Below are positions 1 through 10,242 of a DNA stretch of 39,993 nt, in pieces (position 1 is the stretch's first letter; each line of letters opens with the position of its first letter). Position numbers and translations under genes: made by a program. The notes beneath the pieces are model-generated. The model searched no databases. It had not been told where the DNA came from and saw nothing but the letters and a program-made list of their open reading frames with translations. The stretch comes from an uncultured Atribacterota bacterium (lineage in GTDB: Bacteria; Atribacterota; Phoenicimicrobiia; Phoenicimicrobiales; Phoenicimicrobiaceae): assembly GCA_964567215.1 (NCBI GenBank), contig CAZMLS010000005.1, positions 1 to 39,993 on the forward strand. Reading direction: 5' to 3'.

Positions 1-127
1 AAGAGAGGAATAAAGAATAGGAGTCAGGAGTCAATCGGGCAATCGGTCAATTGGTCAATCGGTCAATTGGTAAATTGTATTATCTTAACTCGATACTATG
101 TACTCAATACTCGATACTAATTTAATT
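1..127. repeat. Composite short-period repeat block. It has a polypurine stretch, about six tandem 8-mers TCAATYGG (23-77), then a GATAC-rich segment (80-127) that is an inverted copy of part of the 113-bp unit at the window's 3' end.
   Basis: Read directly: tcaatcgg gcaatcgg tcaattgg tcaatcgg tcaattgg. The reverse complement of 80-127 (aattaaattagtatcgagtattgagtacatagtatcgagttaagataa) matches gattaaattagtatcaagtattgagtatatagtatcgagttaagataa at 39844-39891 in 45 of 48 positions by manual alignment. Confidence 0.8.
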
Positions 128-142
128 GTAAAATTAATTTAT

Positions 143-171
143 TTGAGAATTTTTTAAAATAATGGTATAGT
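143..171 (+). promoter_or_regulatory. Putative sigma-70-type promoter for hflKC (TTGAGA-17 nt-TATAGT, with TG at the extended -10 position)
   Basis: TTGAGA at 143-148, TGgTATAGT at 163-171, 17-nt spacer, about 35 nt upstream of the hflK ATG. AT-rich DNA gives chance matches. Confidence 0.35.
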
Positions 172-207
172 TTTACCACAAAATACTATCAAAGGAGGAA
201 ATTTTAA

Positions 208-1227
208 ATGTCGGATAATTTTAATGAAGAAAAAGAAAAAATTATTAACTTTACTGAAAATATACCAAAATTCCTATTTGGCAAAGGCATTTTTGGCGGG
301 TTTTTAATTATTATTTTAATTCTTTATCTTGCTACTGGAATTTTTATTGTTGCTCCGGATGAGCAAGGTGTCGTTAAAAGATTTGGGAAATTTTCACGTC
401 TTGAAAGCCCTGGTCTTAATTATCATTTTCCTTACCCTATTGAAACAGTAATTACCCCGGCCGTTACTCAGGTAAAAAGAATAGAAATTGGTTTTCGTAC
501 TGTTGGTTCCGGCTCATCCACACGTTACCAGGAAGTTTCTAATGAAGCTTTAATGCTAACCGGTGATGAAAATATTGTGAGCGCAGATGCAATTGTGCAA
601 TATAAGATAAAGGACCCGGTAAGTTATCTGTTTAATATCATTCTGCCGGAACAAACGGTAAAAAGCGCCGCGGAAGCTGCTTTAAGACAGGTTGTCGGTG
701 AAAGAAAAATAGATGAAGCACTTACCGTTGGGAAGTATGAAATCCAAGAGGAGACAATGAAATTACTTCAATCACTTTTGGATTCTTATGAAGCCGGTAT
801 CCTGATTGTTGCGGTTCAACTACAGGATGTCAATCCTCCCAAAGAAGTGCAGGCAGCTTTTAAAGATGTGGCAAGTGCAAAAGAGGATAAAAGCAGATAT
901 ATTAATCAAGCGCAAGGCTATAAAAATGATATTATCCCTAAAGCTCGCGGAGAAGCAGTGAAGATGACCAAAGAGGCGGAAGCTTACAAAATTGAAAGAA
1001 TAAAAAAATCCGAAGGCGAAATAGCAAGGTTTAATAAAATTTTAGAAGAATATAAAAATGGAGAATATGTTACCAAAGCTCGTATCTACCTGGAAACCAT
1101 GGAAGAGATACTGCCCAACATGAATAAAGTCATTGTTGACTTAGACAGTAACCAATCCTTAGTTAACCTTCTACCTCTGGGCGATATTCCGCTTCTCAAT
1201 GCTTCTTCTAAGGAGGTAACTAAATAA
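208..1227 (+). CDS. hflK: HflK-like SPFH/band-7 membrane protease modulator
   Basis: N-terminal TM helix (FGGFLIIILILYLATGIFIV) followed by an SPFH domain (VSADAIVQYKIKDP, ILIVAVQLQDVNPPKEV) and a coiled-coil tail. GGAGG lies 9 nt upstream of the ATG. The stop overlaps the hflC start (TAATG). Confidence 0.85.
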   Translation: MSDNFNEEKEKIINFTENIPKFLFGKGIFGGFLIIILILYLATGIFIVAPDEQGVVKRFGKFSRLESPGLNYHFPYPIETVITPAVTQVKRIEIGFRTVGSGSSTRYQEVSNEALMLTGDENIVSADAIVQYKIKDPVSYLFNIILPEQTVKSAAEAALRQVVGERKIDEALTVGKYEIQEETMKLLQSLLDSYEAGILIVAVQLQDVNPPKEVQAAFKDVASAKEDKSRYINQAQGYKNDIIPKARGEAVKMTKEAEAYKIERIKKSEGEIARFNKILEEYKNGEYVTKARIYLETMEEILPNMNKVIVDLDSNQSLVNLLPLGDIPLLNASSKEVTK

Positions 1228-2090
1228 TGAAAAAAGGAACAATAACCATAATCATTATCGTTTTAATCTTAATAGTGGCTAACCTTAGTTTATTTATCGT
1301 CGATGAAACCAGACAAGCCATCGTATTGCAATTAGGAAAACCTATAAAAGCTATTCAACAACCGGGTTTAAATTGGAAACTTCCCTTCATTCAGAATGTA
1401 GTGTACTTCGAAGATAGACTTTTGGTTTATGATGCCGCACCTACTGAAATTATCACCAAAGATAAAAAAACCTTGATTGTCGATAATTATGCCAGATGGA
1501 AAATAACTAATCCGTTAAGGTTTTTACAAACTGTTCGGGATTTAAATGGAGCACAGGCAAGATTGGACGATATTATTTATTCAGAGCTAAGGGTGGATCT
1601 TGGATTATTTAATATGACTGAAATCGTCTCTGAAATTAGAGAAGAAATTATGGAACGGGTTACCAAGATCAGCAATGAAAAATCAGCTACTTATGGCATA
1701 GAAATTGTAGATGTAAGAATAAAAAGAGTTGACCTTCCACCTGAAAATGAAAAATTTATTTTCGATAGAATGAAAGCGGAAAGAGAGCGGATTGCTAAAC
1801 AATACCGGGCGGAAGGCCAGGAGGAATCTGCCAAAATAATAGCTGAAACAGAAAAGGAAAAAACCATCATATTGGCAGAAGCCTACAAAACCGCTGAGAC
1901 AACAAGAGGTGAAGGAGATGCTGAAGCGGTTAAAATTTATGCTCAAAGCTTTAATAAAGATCCGGAATTCTACAAATTTCTACGGACTTTAGATGCATAC
2001 AAAATTACTTTTAAAGATAAGACAACAGCTTTGCTCTCGGCAGATTCTGAATTTTTAAAATACTTAAGCAATCCTTCAGTTAGCGAATAA
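1227..2090 (+). CDS. hflC: HflC-like SPFH/band-7 protein
   Basis: N-terminal TM helix and SPFH domain (IVDVRIKRVDLPPEN, AERERIAKQYRAEGQEE). AAGGAGG at 1211-1217. Coupled to hflK by a 1-nt overlap. Confidence 0.85.
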   Translation: MKKGTITIIIIVLILIVANLSLFIVDETRQAIVLQLGKPIKAIQQPGLNWKLPFIQNVVYFEDRLLVYDAAPTEIITKDKKTLIVDNYARWKITNPLRFLQTVRDLNGAQARLDDIIYSELRVDLGLFNMTEIVSEIREEIMERVTKISNEKSATYGIEIVDVRIKRVDLPPENEKFIFDRMKAERERIAKQYRAEGQEESAKIIAETEKEKTIILAEAYKTAETTRGEGDAEAVKIYAQSFNKDPEFYKFLRTLDAYKITFKDKTTALLSADSEFLKYLSNPSVSE

Positions 2091-2120
2091 TCTTTTCGTA
2101 TCAATAAAAAGAAAAGATTC

Positions 2121-2159
2121 AACCACAAAAGGGCGTATTTGATACGCCCTTTTGTGGTT
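2121..2159. terminator. Perfect 18-bp-arm hairpin between convergent hflC and the RNase H-fusion gene; likely a bidirectional intrinsic terminator
   Basis: aaccacaaaagggcgtat / ttg / atacgcccttttgtggtt. The T-rich run is on the minus-strand side (revcomp of 2101-2120 = gaatcttttctttttattga). ttattt follows on the plus side. Confidence 0.75.
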
Positions 2160-2375
2160 ATTATTTGCTAATATGCTAATCATCAATTTCCTAAAGTATT
2201 TATCTGCTAATTCCAATCATAATTTCTATAATTTTATGATTCCACAATTAATTTTGTAATTCTGCAATTTGAATAATGTTAAGATTATTAAACTGGACGT
2301 TGTTTCCTTTAAATTCTTCCTAACTATTTCTTCGCACCATGTGTGATAATCAATACTTTCCTCACCTTTTATTAA

Positions 2376-4028
2376 TTAATATCCTAACTCGGTATTTACT
2401 TGATTTTCCGGTTCCTCTCCGCAATACACTTTCACGATATTATTAAAAACCTCTTTAATACTTTCTTCAAATGCTTTATCGCTATAACCTGCGGTATGCG
2501 GACTCATTATGATGTTCTTTAATTTTTGAAAATCGTATTTACCCGGCAATATTTTACTTTTTTCTTTGCTTGGATATTGATACCAGGCATCAATTGCTGC
2601 TCCTGCCAAATCATTGTTTTTTAAAGCTTCGTACAGATCATTTTCGTTAATTACACTACCCCGGGAAATATTTATAAGATATTTTCCATTCATTAACTGC
2701 AGTTCTTTTTTTGTAATCATTCCTTTTGTTTCTTCCGTTAAAGGGACAGAAACAACGAGAAAATCTGATTTTTTTATTACCTTTCTCAAATCTTTATTTT
2801 CTCCAAGAAACTCCAATATTTTCTTCTTTTTCAAATCTGTTTTATTTACTTTTCTTTTTATGGCAAATATTTTTATACCTAAAGCATACCCTATTTTTGC
2901 AATCTCCCACCCAATGGAACCTAATCCTATAATTCCCATATTTTTCCCGTGAAGTTGAATGCTAGGTTCCCGTGTAGAAAAACCATGCCATACTCCTTTT
3001 CTTAAATCATTGTCATTGCTTACAATATTTTTAGCCAAAGCAAGCATAAGCGCTATAGCGTGTTCTGCAACCGCATGTTTATTGGCATGAACATTACATA
3101 AACAAACATTCCGTCGATTTCTTAATAAATTAAAATCAATTTTATCAACACCGGTAAAAGGAACCTGGATCAATTTCAATATTTTTGCTTTTTCAAAGGT
3201 ATCTTCATTTTTTAAGTTTCCGATAATAACTTCCACTTCCGGAATGTATTTTTTAATATCCATCTCGTCATTTTTGTTCAGACTGATGAATTCAAGATTT
3301 AAATTGGTTTTTTTATTTAGTTCTGAAAACATTTTTATCCAAACTTGAGGCTTTACCATTTTACTTAAAATCAATATTTTCATTTTACGATTGTTCTTTG
3401 ATTTAATTTTTTTATTTTCAACCTTTTTTAAAAATTCTTTTATTGCGATTATATGTTTACAATCAATTTTTAATTTCTTTGCCTTATTTTTAAAATCAAG
3501 ACAATCGCATTTTAAAAGGTTTAAATCTACTCTATGTACATTTTCTGTTTCAAGATTTTTCACCGAGTAACAATTTTTTTCTTTTTTAACAATAAGTTCT
3601 TTTACCTTTGCTTTTCTTTTTCTAACTTCTTCCTTTAGTACCGCTTCCTTTGCTAAACCATCTGCAATTGAATTATTATCCCTGCTTTCCCAAATAAAAA
3701 ATATCTTCCCTTTAATCTTTTCACGTAATTTTTGAACTTTTATAAAAAGGGGTAGTATCTTTTTGTCTTTTACTTTATATTGTCCGTTTAACTGTTTTAC
3801 TACTAATTGGCTATCACAATATGCTGCTATTCTATCTACTCTTACATCCTTTATCTCCTCCAATCCTCGAATCAAAGCCCTATATTCAGCAATGTTATTT
3901 GTTCCGTGTCCAATATATTCGCTGATTTTTTTTACCAATACTTTATCTTTGTATATAACAATACCAATTCCCATACTTCCCGGATTCGGATAGCATGATC
4001 CATCCACTCTCATTAAAATATCAGACAT
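2376..4028 (-). CDS. Three-domain fusion protein: RNase HI-like (aa ~1-135), SWIM zinc finger (aa ~150-200) and a full-length D-isomer-specific 2-hydroxyacid dehydrogenase (aa ~216-550)
   Basis: RNase H DEDD set: D9 (RVDGS), E48 (IAEYRAL), D72 (YCDSQ), D123 (IADGLAKEA). SWIM CxCx13CxH: C174-D-C176...C190-K-H192. Dehydrogenase: GxGxxG at G368-G373 (GIIGLGSIG), R456 (NISRG), H511 (SPHTAG). Lys-rich linkers separate the domains. The ATG overlaps the stop of the upstream LOG-like gene (ATGTCTGA). Confidence 0.8.
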   Translation of the reverse strand: MSDILMRVDGSCYPNPGSMGIGIVIYKDKVLVKKISEYIGHGTNNIAEYRALIRGLEEIKDVRVDRIAAYCDSQLVVKQLNGQYKVKDKKILPLFIKVQKLREKIKGKIFFIWESRDNNSIADGLAKEAVLKEEVRKRKAKVKELIVKKEKNCYSVKNLETENVHRVDLNLLKCDCLDFKNKAKKLKIDCKHIIAIKEFLKKVENKKIKSKNNRKMKILILSKMVKPQVWIKMFSELNKKTNLNLEFISLNKNDEMDIKKYIPEVEVIIGNLKNEDTFEKAKILKLIQVPFTGVDKIDFNLLRNRRNVCLCNVHANKHAVAEHAIALMLALAKNIVSNDNDLRKGVWHGFSTREPSIQLHGKNMGIIGLGSIGWEIAKIGYALGIKIFAIKRKVNKTDLKKKKILEFLGENKDLRKVIKKSDFLVVSVPLTEETKGMITKKELQLMNGKYLINISRGSVINENDLYEALKNNDLAGAAIDAWYQYPSKEKSKILPGKYDFQKLKNIIMSPHTAGYSDKAFEESIKEVFNNIVKVYCGEEPENQVNTELGY

Positions 4029-4563
4029 AGTCTTTCATTTCCTTATTATTTTTTTTATTTAAAAGATTTTTTATCAATACGATTACTTCTTCCGGCTTTT
4101 TTACATAAATTAATTGTCCATCTTCTGTATATTTTTTAAACAATGTCCCTAAGTCAAAATTTAATGAAATAACTTTTTTTCCAATATTTAAAGCCAGGGC
4201 GATTTCCGAAATAGTCCCGGTTTTGCCGGGAAGAGCTACGACCACTTCACTGGTTTGAACATTGATATAATTTCGAGCAAAACCAATTCCTGTTAGTATT
4301 GGAATATCAATATATTCTGAAGCCCATGATGAATTATCTCCCGGTAAAATACCTATGGTTAGCCCGTCACCTTCTTTCGCCCCTCGAGCTGAAGCCTCCA
4401 TCATTCCTGAAGCCCTTCCTCCATTAAGCAAAATCCAACCTTCTTTTGCGATTAAATAGCCCAGTTTACGCGCAATCTCATAATCAATGAGGTCATCTAT
4501 TTCTCCTCCGCCCATAACGCCTATAATAATTTTTCTAATTTTAATCCCCTTCTTTCTTCTCAA
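4021..4563 (-). CDS. LOG / TIGR00725-family (SLOG-fold, lysine-decarboxylase-like) protein
   Basis: Rossmann-like N-terminus IIIGVMGGG, GGRASGMMEA, and PGKTGTISE (a variant of the LOG PGGxGTxxE motif). The start is uncertain: the ORF-track start is TTG at 4563 with no clear SD. The first ATG would delete the first beta-strand. Confidence 0.7.
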   Translation of the reverse strand: MRRKKGIKIRKIIIGVMGGGEIDDLIDYEIARKLGYLIAKEGWILLNGGRASGMMEASARGAKEGDGLTIGILPGDNSSWASEYIDIPILTGIGFARNYINVQTSEVVVALPGKTGTISEIALALNIGKKVISLNFDLGTLFKKYTEDGQLIYVKKPEEVIVLIKNLLNKKNNKEMKDYV

Positions 4564-4634
4564 ACTATTACGATATCCTAAAATGCAATTTAAAATTCTT
4601 CAAAAACAAAATATTTCTTTTGTTTACACTATTG

Positions 4635-4643
4635 TGTTATAAT
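4635..4643 (+). promoter_or_regulatory. Candidate extended -10 promoter element (TGtTATAAT) for the 242-aa ORF
   Basis: tgttataat read at 4635-4643, with tttaca 9 nt upstream. It would give a ~110-nt leader containing the small hairpin ctcaag-aaaaaa-cttgag. Confidence 0.3.
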
Positions 4644-4763
4644 TATAAATCAAAATATAGCTTTTGTCATATTAAAGAAAGAAAGTATCGAGTATTACCT
4701 CAAGAAAAAACTTGAGAAAAAATCTTAAAAATGTTTTTTTAAGAAACATGAGAGAAGAATAAT

Positions 4764-5492
4764 ATGGATGAACGAATAAAATACGCTTTTGAATATACTA
4801 AAATATTAAGAAGACCAAAACAGTTAATATCTACTTTCGGCTCTTCTAACATTCATTTTTATGTATTAACTGAACCGGTTTATTCTGAATTTACAAAAGA
4901 CAAAAAAGAAACCGTTGTAAGGGAAGGAAAAGTAAGTTGGTATCAACCGAAACTATTTATGCCGAATTATATGTTCCGAATTGAAGGATTTAGCAAAGAA
5001 GCAATGAAAACTTTTCAAAAATTGTCAAATGAATATCCTGACCTGGCAGGAATTTTATATAAATTTAAAATAAACAAAGAACTGGATGAAATGAATTTTG
5101 TTTCCGATACTTTATTAAATGTAGCGGAAAACATAAATCAGCAGATAGAGAAAAAAGGTGATTCTCTGAGTGCAATCATTAGAGGTGCTGCGGGTCTATG
5201 GGATGTATCTTTAACAAAATTTATTTTAGACATGATGACAAGAAGCGCTTATCTCGCTCAAATTCCTGATTTTGCTCAAAAAGGTTTTTTGGGATTGAAC
5301 CAAGCCGGTCAAACCGTCATTGCAAAAGATAAAAATGGTATCCCTTTGATAGCAAAAGAAGAAATTGAAAAACTATTCAATCTGGTAAAAAAGGGCGAAT
5401 TAGAACCTGTTAGATTAAAGGAAGAATTGGATAAATGGGGATTATTTCCACAATACCAGGATAGATTTTTCCACCTTTTTAAGAAAAAATAA
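4764..5492 (+). CDS. Hypothetical protein (242 aa); no motif recognised
   Basis: Long uninterrupted ORF in AT-rich DNA with coding-like composition. It is divergent from the LOG/RNase H pair. I could identify no catalytic, TM or signal motif. Confidence 0.6.
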   Translation: MDERIKYAFEYTKILRRPKQLISTFGSSNIHFYVLTEPVYSEFTKDKKETVVREGKVSWYQPKLFMPNYMFRIEGFSKEAMKTFQKLSNEYPDLAGILYKFKINKELDEMNFVSDTLLNVAENINQQIEKKGDSLSAIIRGAAGLWDVSLTKFILDMMTRSAYLAQIPDFAQKGFLGLNQAGQTVIAKDKNGIPLIAKEEIEKLFNLVKKGELEPVRLKEELDKWGLFPQYQDRFFHLFKKK

Positions 5493-5578
5493 TTTAAAGA
5501 ATTTCTTTTCTATTCAAGGAAAAACTATTTAATAAAAGCAGGTTATAATTTTTTGTTATGATAAGTATTTTTTAAAAT

Positions 5579-6811
5579 CTATTTTATAATCCTTTTTTCA
5601 ACGATATAAAGCATGTACATTAATAAAGATGCTAACATACTCACAAAGAATATTAGAAGCCAAAGATGATTAATGCCAAAATTATGAATAAATTTTCCGC
5701 TTACCAACGGGCCTATAGCAAAACCTACACCCATAACCACAGGAATTACTGAATTAAATCTTCCTCGATGAGTTATGGGAGTATGGTTGGCAATATATAC
5801 ATTTGTATTAGTGGTTACCAATATTTCTCCTATACTCCAAACAAGGGTTGAAAACAATATCCAGTTTATTTTTGTGACAAAGTATAGCATGCCAAATCCG
5901 ATACCATACAAAATTCCCGCTAAAGCTACATTTAGCACCGGTTTTATTTTTTGAGTAAAACTGACAATAATCATGGTAAAAAAAGTCACTGTAAGTGCAT
6001 TGGCAGTCATGGCAAATCCAAAATATTTTGGTCCACTCTCGCCAAATAATTTAACAATTTGTATAGGAAGGCTAAAGGTGTATTGAGCATAAACAAAAGT
6101 ATAAATGAGAGAAATCAGGGTAAACGCAATCAATTTAGGTCTTTTACAAATAACTTGCCACAGACTTCCTTTTTCTGCTCTTTCGTATTTATTTTCTGAT
6201 TGAAAACTATCTTCCATCTTTTCTTTCGAAGGCAAAGTTTCTTTTACATAGAAAAATACCAACAGTAGTGAAGCAAATGTTGTTGCAGCATCACCTAAAA
6301 ATATCCATTTTAGATAATTATTATAGAGAAAACCGGCAATTAAAGGTCCCACTGCAAATCCAATATTATTTCCTAAATATAATAGAGAAAAAGCAGCTTT
6401 TCGATTTTTGGGATTACTTAAATCTGTCACCATAGTCATGCTGGCAGGTTGAGCAGCTCCCTGAAAAAACGAAGATAATATCAATAAACGGGGAATTAAT
6501 AGTGATGACTCCAAATAGGCACATGGTATTAAGCATATTGCAGCCAGGCTTTGAAATAATATGAGTATTTTCTTTCTACCGAATGAATCTGACAATCTCC
6601 CTCCGAGTAACATGCCCGGAGCCCGGGCTGTTATGGCAAGCATGACAAAAAATCCGGCGGTGCTCTCTTCAAGAGATAATGTTTTTGTAAAATAAATCGT
6701 TAAAAAAGGATAAACAAATGCTCCCATGGAATTTACCATTTTAGCAAAGAACAATATATAAATAGCACCGGGCAATTTTTTATAATGCCTAAATATTTTA
6801 GTTAATTCCAT
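5579..6811 (-). CDS. MFS transporter (about 12 TM)
   Basis: MFS motif A between TM2 and TM3 (GGRLSDSFGRKK). Hydrophobic helices throughout, with a central hydrophilic loop (KEKMEDSFQSENKYERAEKG). Confidence 0.8.
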   Translation of the reverse strand: MELTKIFRHYKKLPGAIYILFFAKMVNSMGAFVYPFLTIYFTKTLSLEESTAGFFVMLAITARAPGMLLGGRLSDSFGRKKILILFQSLAAICLIPCAYLESSLLIPRLLILSSFFQGAAQPASMTMVTDLSNPKNRKAAFSLLYLGNNIGFAVGPLIAGFLYNNYLKWIFLGDAATTFASLLLVFFYVKETLPSKEKMEDSFQSENKYERAEKGSLWQVICKRPKLIAFTLISLIYTFVYAQYTFSLPIQIVKLFGESGPKYFGFAMTANALTVTFFTMIIVSFTQKIKPVLNVALAGILYGIGFGMLYFVTKINWILFSTLVWSIGEILVTTNTNVYIANHTPITHRGRFNSVIPVVMGVGFAIGPLVSGKFIHNFGINHLWLLIFFVSMLASLLMYMLYIVEKRIIK

Positions 6812-6871
6812 GATATTTTCCGATCGATTTTATTTATTCAATTCATTAAATGTTTAATTCAATTCATTAAA

Positions 6872-6899
6872 AACACCACAGCTTTATAGCTGTGGTGTT
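6872..6899 (-). terminator. Intrinsic terminator downstream of gatB
   Basis: aacaccacagct / ttat / agctgtggtgtt is a perfect 12-bp stem. On the minus strand it is followed by TTTTAATGAATT. It lies 57 nt past the gatB stop. Confidence 0.8.
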
Positions 6900-6955
6900 G
6901 GACTATTGTCGAAAAAGAGAGTATCTATTGCAATATAATTTTTCAATAATTCATA

Positions 6956-8413
6956 CTAAAAATCTTTAGATAATCTCTTCTTTAACGCATCAAATACAAA
7001 ATCCGGTTTGGCTCTTCCTCTGGTATAACGCATAACCTGTCCGATTAGGAAATTCAAAGCTTTTTCTTTTCCTTCATTAAAATCCTTTACAGATTTAGGA
7101 TTCTCTTTAATTACTTTATCAATTATTTCAATCAATTCGCTTTCATTGGTAATCTGAGTAATCCCGTTTTCTTTTACGATTTGAGATGCGTGACTCCCGG
7201 TCTTATACATCTTTTCAAAGACTTCTTTAGCCATTTTGCCGCTAATTACACCCTTATCTATCAATTTTAGCAATTCTACTAAATTTTCAGGTGAAATAGG
7301 AGATTTTTCTATATCAATTTTTTCTTCATTTAGAAATCGCATTAGCTCACCCATTATCCAATTACTTAATATTTTGCTATTTTTATAAATTAATGCAGCA
7401 TTTTCGTAATAATCACCTACGGCTTTGCTGGAAGTCAAAATATCAGCATCATATTCAGGAATTTTATAAACATCTATAAAACGCTTTTTTCTTGCTTCCG
7501 GAAGTTCCGGAAGATTATTTCTTATTTTTTCAATCATCTTACCATCAATCTTTAGAGGGGGAAGGTCAGGTTCGGGAAAATAACGATAATCATGTGCCTC
7601 TTCTTTGCTTCTCATGGAAATTGTAACATTTCTTTCTTCATCCCAACGCCTTGTTTCCTGTATTACTTTTTCACCGTCTTCCAATATTTTCATCTGTCTC
7701 TTTACTTCGTATTCCAGAGCCTTTTTTACCGATCTGAACGAATTCATATTTTTAACTTCCGTTTTGGTACCTAATTTTCCAGTTTTCGAATCACAAATAG
7801 AAATATTGGCATCACAGCGCATGGAACCTTCTTCCATATTTCCGTCACATACCCCGAGATGTTGAACCATATTTCTTAACATCGTTAAAAATACCCTGGC
7901 TTCTTCCGGAGAACGAAAATCCGGTTCAGTTACTATTTCCGCCAATGGTATACCGCAACGATTATAATCCACCAAAGAATAAGTTGATACAGAATCGTCT
8001 TTTTCTTCATGAATTAACTTACCCGCATCTTCTTCAATATGTATCCTGGTAATACCGATTCTGCGTTTTTCTTTACTGCTCTCCCCGGGTATATCAATAT
8101 AACCGTTTATATTTAAAGGAATATCAAATTGCGAGATCTGATAAGCTTTAGGTGAATCAGGATAAAAGTAGTTTTTTCGATGAAATTTACTTATTTCATT
8201 CACTTTACAATTTAAAGCTAAACCTGTTTTTACTGCATATTCTATCACTTCTCGATTCAAAACAGGAAGTGCCCCCGGCAATCCGAGACATACTGGACAT
8301 GTATTGGTATTAGGTTCTTTTCCAATATAATCAGTACTGCAATTACAAAACATTTTTGTGTCTGTCATTAATTGAATATGCACTTCCAAACCTATTACTA
8401 CTTTTTTTTTCAT
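6956..8413 (-). CDS. gatB: Asp-tRNA(Asn)/Glu-tRNA(Gln) amidotransferase subunit B
   Basis: [35 protein letters not shown] and a C-terminal YqeY-like tail. 4-nt overlap with gatA (ATGA). Confidence 0.95.
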   Translation of the reverse strand: MKKKVVIGLEVHIQLMTDTKMFCNCSTDYIGKEPNTNTCPVCLGLPGALPVLNREVIEYAVKTGLALNCKVNEISKFHRKNYFYPDSPKAYQISQFDIPLNINGYIDIPGESSKEKRRIGITRIHIEEDAGKLIHEEKDDSVSTYSLVDYNRCGIPLAEIVTEPDFRSPEEARVFLTMLRNMVQHLGVCDGNMEEGSMRCDANISICDSKTGKLGTKTEVKNMNSFRSVKKALEYEVKRQMKILEDGEKVIQETRRWDEERNVTISMRSKEEAHDYRYFPEPDLPPLKIDGKMIEKIRNNLPELPEARKKRFIDVYKIPEYDADILTSSKAVGDYYENAALIYKNSKILSNWIMGELMRFLNEEKIDIEKSPISPENLVELLKLIDKGVISGKMAKEVFEKMYKTGSHASQIVKENGITQITNESELIEIIDKVIKENPKSVKDFNEGKEKALNFLIGQVMRYTRGRAKPDFVFDALKKRLSKDF

Positions 8414-9900
8414 TCTACTTCCTCCTTAACTTCGGGCAAGTTTATCTCCGGTTTTCTCTTTTTAAGTTGGCTGTTTTGTTCAAAGTTATATGCTGCTTTA
8501 ATAATTGTTTTTTCGTTAAAAGGTTTGCCGATAATTTGTAAGCCAATGGGTAAATTATTTTTACTATATCCACAATTTATCGAAATTGCCGGTATTCCTG
8601 CCAGGTTAACAGGAAGAGTATATATATCAGATAAGTACATGGTTAAAGGATCATTGATTTTCTCGTTTAATTTAAAAGCAGGTGTTGGCGCAGTTGGTGT
8701 AATCAGCACATCATATTTTTTAAACGCTCTATCAAAATCCTGTTTAATTAAAGTACGAACCTTCTGTGCCTTTAAATAATAATCATCATAATACCCCGAG
8801 CTCAAGGCATAAGTACCCAACATAATTCTCCTTTTTACTTCCTCACCAAAACCTTCGCTCCGTGTTTTTCTGTAAAGAGAAGATAGATCTCTGTAATTTT
8901 TAGCTCTATAGCCATATTGTACACCATCATAACGCGCCAAATTAGAACTTGCTTCAGCTGTAGCAATTAGATAGTAAGTCGGCAAAGAATACTTTGTATG
9001 AGAAAGGGAAATTTCTTCAATTTCCGCACCCATTTTTTCATAAAGTTTTAATGCCTTATCGATTGCTAATTTTACTTCCTTATCAAGTCCTTCAATAAAA
9101 TACTCACGAGGGATTCCTATTTTTAACCCTCTAATTCCTTCTCTACACGATTCTAAATAATCAGGTACTTCCAGGTTTGCAGAAGTAGAATCTTTTTTAT
9201 CTTGTCCACAGATAACATTCATCATCATAGCGCTGTCTTCAACGTTTTTAGTCAGCGGTCCTATTTGATCCAAAGAGGATGCATAAGCAACTAAGCCATA
9301 TCTCGATACTCTTCCATAAGTTGGTTTTAATCCAACGATTCCACAAAATGACGCCGGCTGTCTAACAGAACCCCCTGTGTCAGTTCCCAGGGCAACATGT
9401 GTTTCATCAGCGGCGACAGCAGCTGCAGAACCGCCGCTCGAGCCTCCCGGAACTCTTTCCAAATCCCAGGGATTATGTGTTGTAAAAAAGGCAGAGTTCT
9501 CTGTTGAAGAACCCATTGCAAATTCATCCATATTCGCTTTTCCAATTATTATGGCTCCTGCTTTTTTTAATGCATTAATAATTGTCGCATTATAGGGAGG
9601 AATGAATCCTTTAAGAATCTTTGAACCACAAGTTGTTTCCATACCCTTGACTGCCAATATATCCTTCACTGTTAGTGATACACCCGCTAAAAAAGGAATC
9701 TTTTCTCCTTTTTTTATTTTTTCGTCAATATTTTTTGCTTGTTTTAATGCATTTTCTCGATCTATGTATAAAAAAGCTTTAATTTTATTTTCTATTCGAT
9801 CTATCTGTGTAAAAATATCCTTAGTTACTTCAGAAACAGATACTTTTTTTTCTTTTACTAAATTAGTAATTTCGCGAGCAGTTAATAGATTTAAGTTCAA
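8410..9900 (-). CDS. gatA: Glu-tRNA(Gln) amidotransferase subunit A
   Basis: Amidase signature [13 protein letters not shown] and [19 protein letters not shown] start at 9900-9898, with GGAGG (9913-9909) 8 nt upstream. Confidence 0.93.
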   Translation of the reverse strand: MNLNLLTAREITNLVKEKKVSVSEVTKDIFTQIDRIENKIKAFLYIDRENALKQAKNIDEKIKKGEKIPFLAGVSLTVKDILAVKGMETTCGSKILKGFIPPYNATIINALKKAGAIIIGKANMDEFAMGSSTENSAFFTTHNPWDLERVPGGSSGGSAAAVAADETHVALGTDTGGSVRQPASFCGIVGLKPTYGRVSRYGLVAYASSLDQIGPLTKNVEDSAMMMNVICGQDKKDSTSANLEVPDYLESCREGIRGLKIGIPREYFIEGLDKEVKLAIDKALKLYEKMGAEIEEISLSHTKYSLPTYYLIATAEASSNLARYDGVQYGYRAKNYRDLSSLYRKTRSEGFGEEVKRRIMLGTYALSSGYYDDYYLKAQKVRTLIKQDFDRAFKKYDVLITPTAPTPAFKLNEKINDPLTMYLSDIYTLPVNLAGIPAISINCGYSKNNLPIGLQIIGKPFNEKTIIKAAYNFEQNSQLKKRKPEINLPEVKEEVE

Positions 9901-9919
9901 TTATATTTCCTCCTCTAAT

Positions 9920-9954
9920 TAGTCGTTAGTGAATAGTCAATAGTCGTTAGTATT
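9920..9954. repeat. Five tandem 7-mers TAGTSRW (tagtcgt tagtgaa tagtcaa tagtcgt tagtatt)
   Basis: Read directly. A near-identical array in the same orientation is at 32008-32042. Confidence 0.85.
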
Positions 9955-10242
9955 AAATACAAATTGCAAAATTATTCGCTTCCTTAGTTACCCAGTTACC
10001 TTGTTTAACAGTTGACTAATCAATTTTAGTCGTAAATTTCAAATACGAGTTCTTAAGTTGTAAGAGGGAATTAGTTGATACAGTAAAACAAAATAATCTT
10101 AATTCTTCAAGCGGTTAACCGTTAAACTGGCTAACCGCTTTCACGAGATACAAGATGGGAATTTGGTTCCTGATTTCTGATTCCTTCTTCCTCTTCACAC
10201 AAATCATACGTAATATTAATTAAGTTTCTAGCATCCTTTTTA

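Noticed and set aside
3381-3383. Internal ATG (MKILIL...) as an independent start for a stand-alone dehydrogenase, implying two genes rather than a fusion
   Set aside because: The reading frame is continuous from 4028 with no stop codon. No SD-like sequence precedes the internal ATG (the upstream sequence is aaatcaaagaacaatcgtaaa). The gene is therefore kept as a single fusion ORF.
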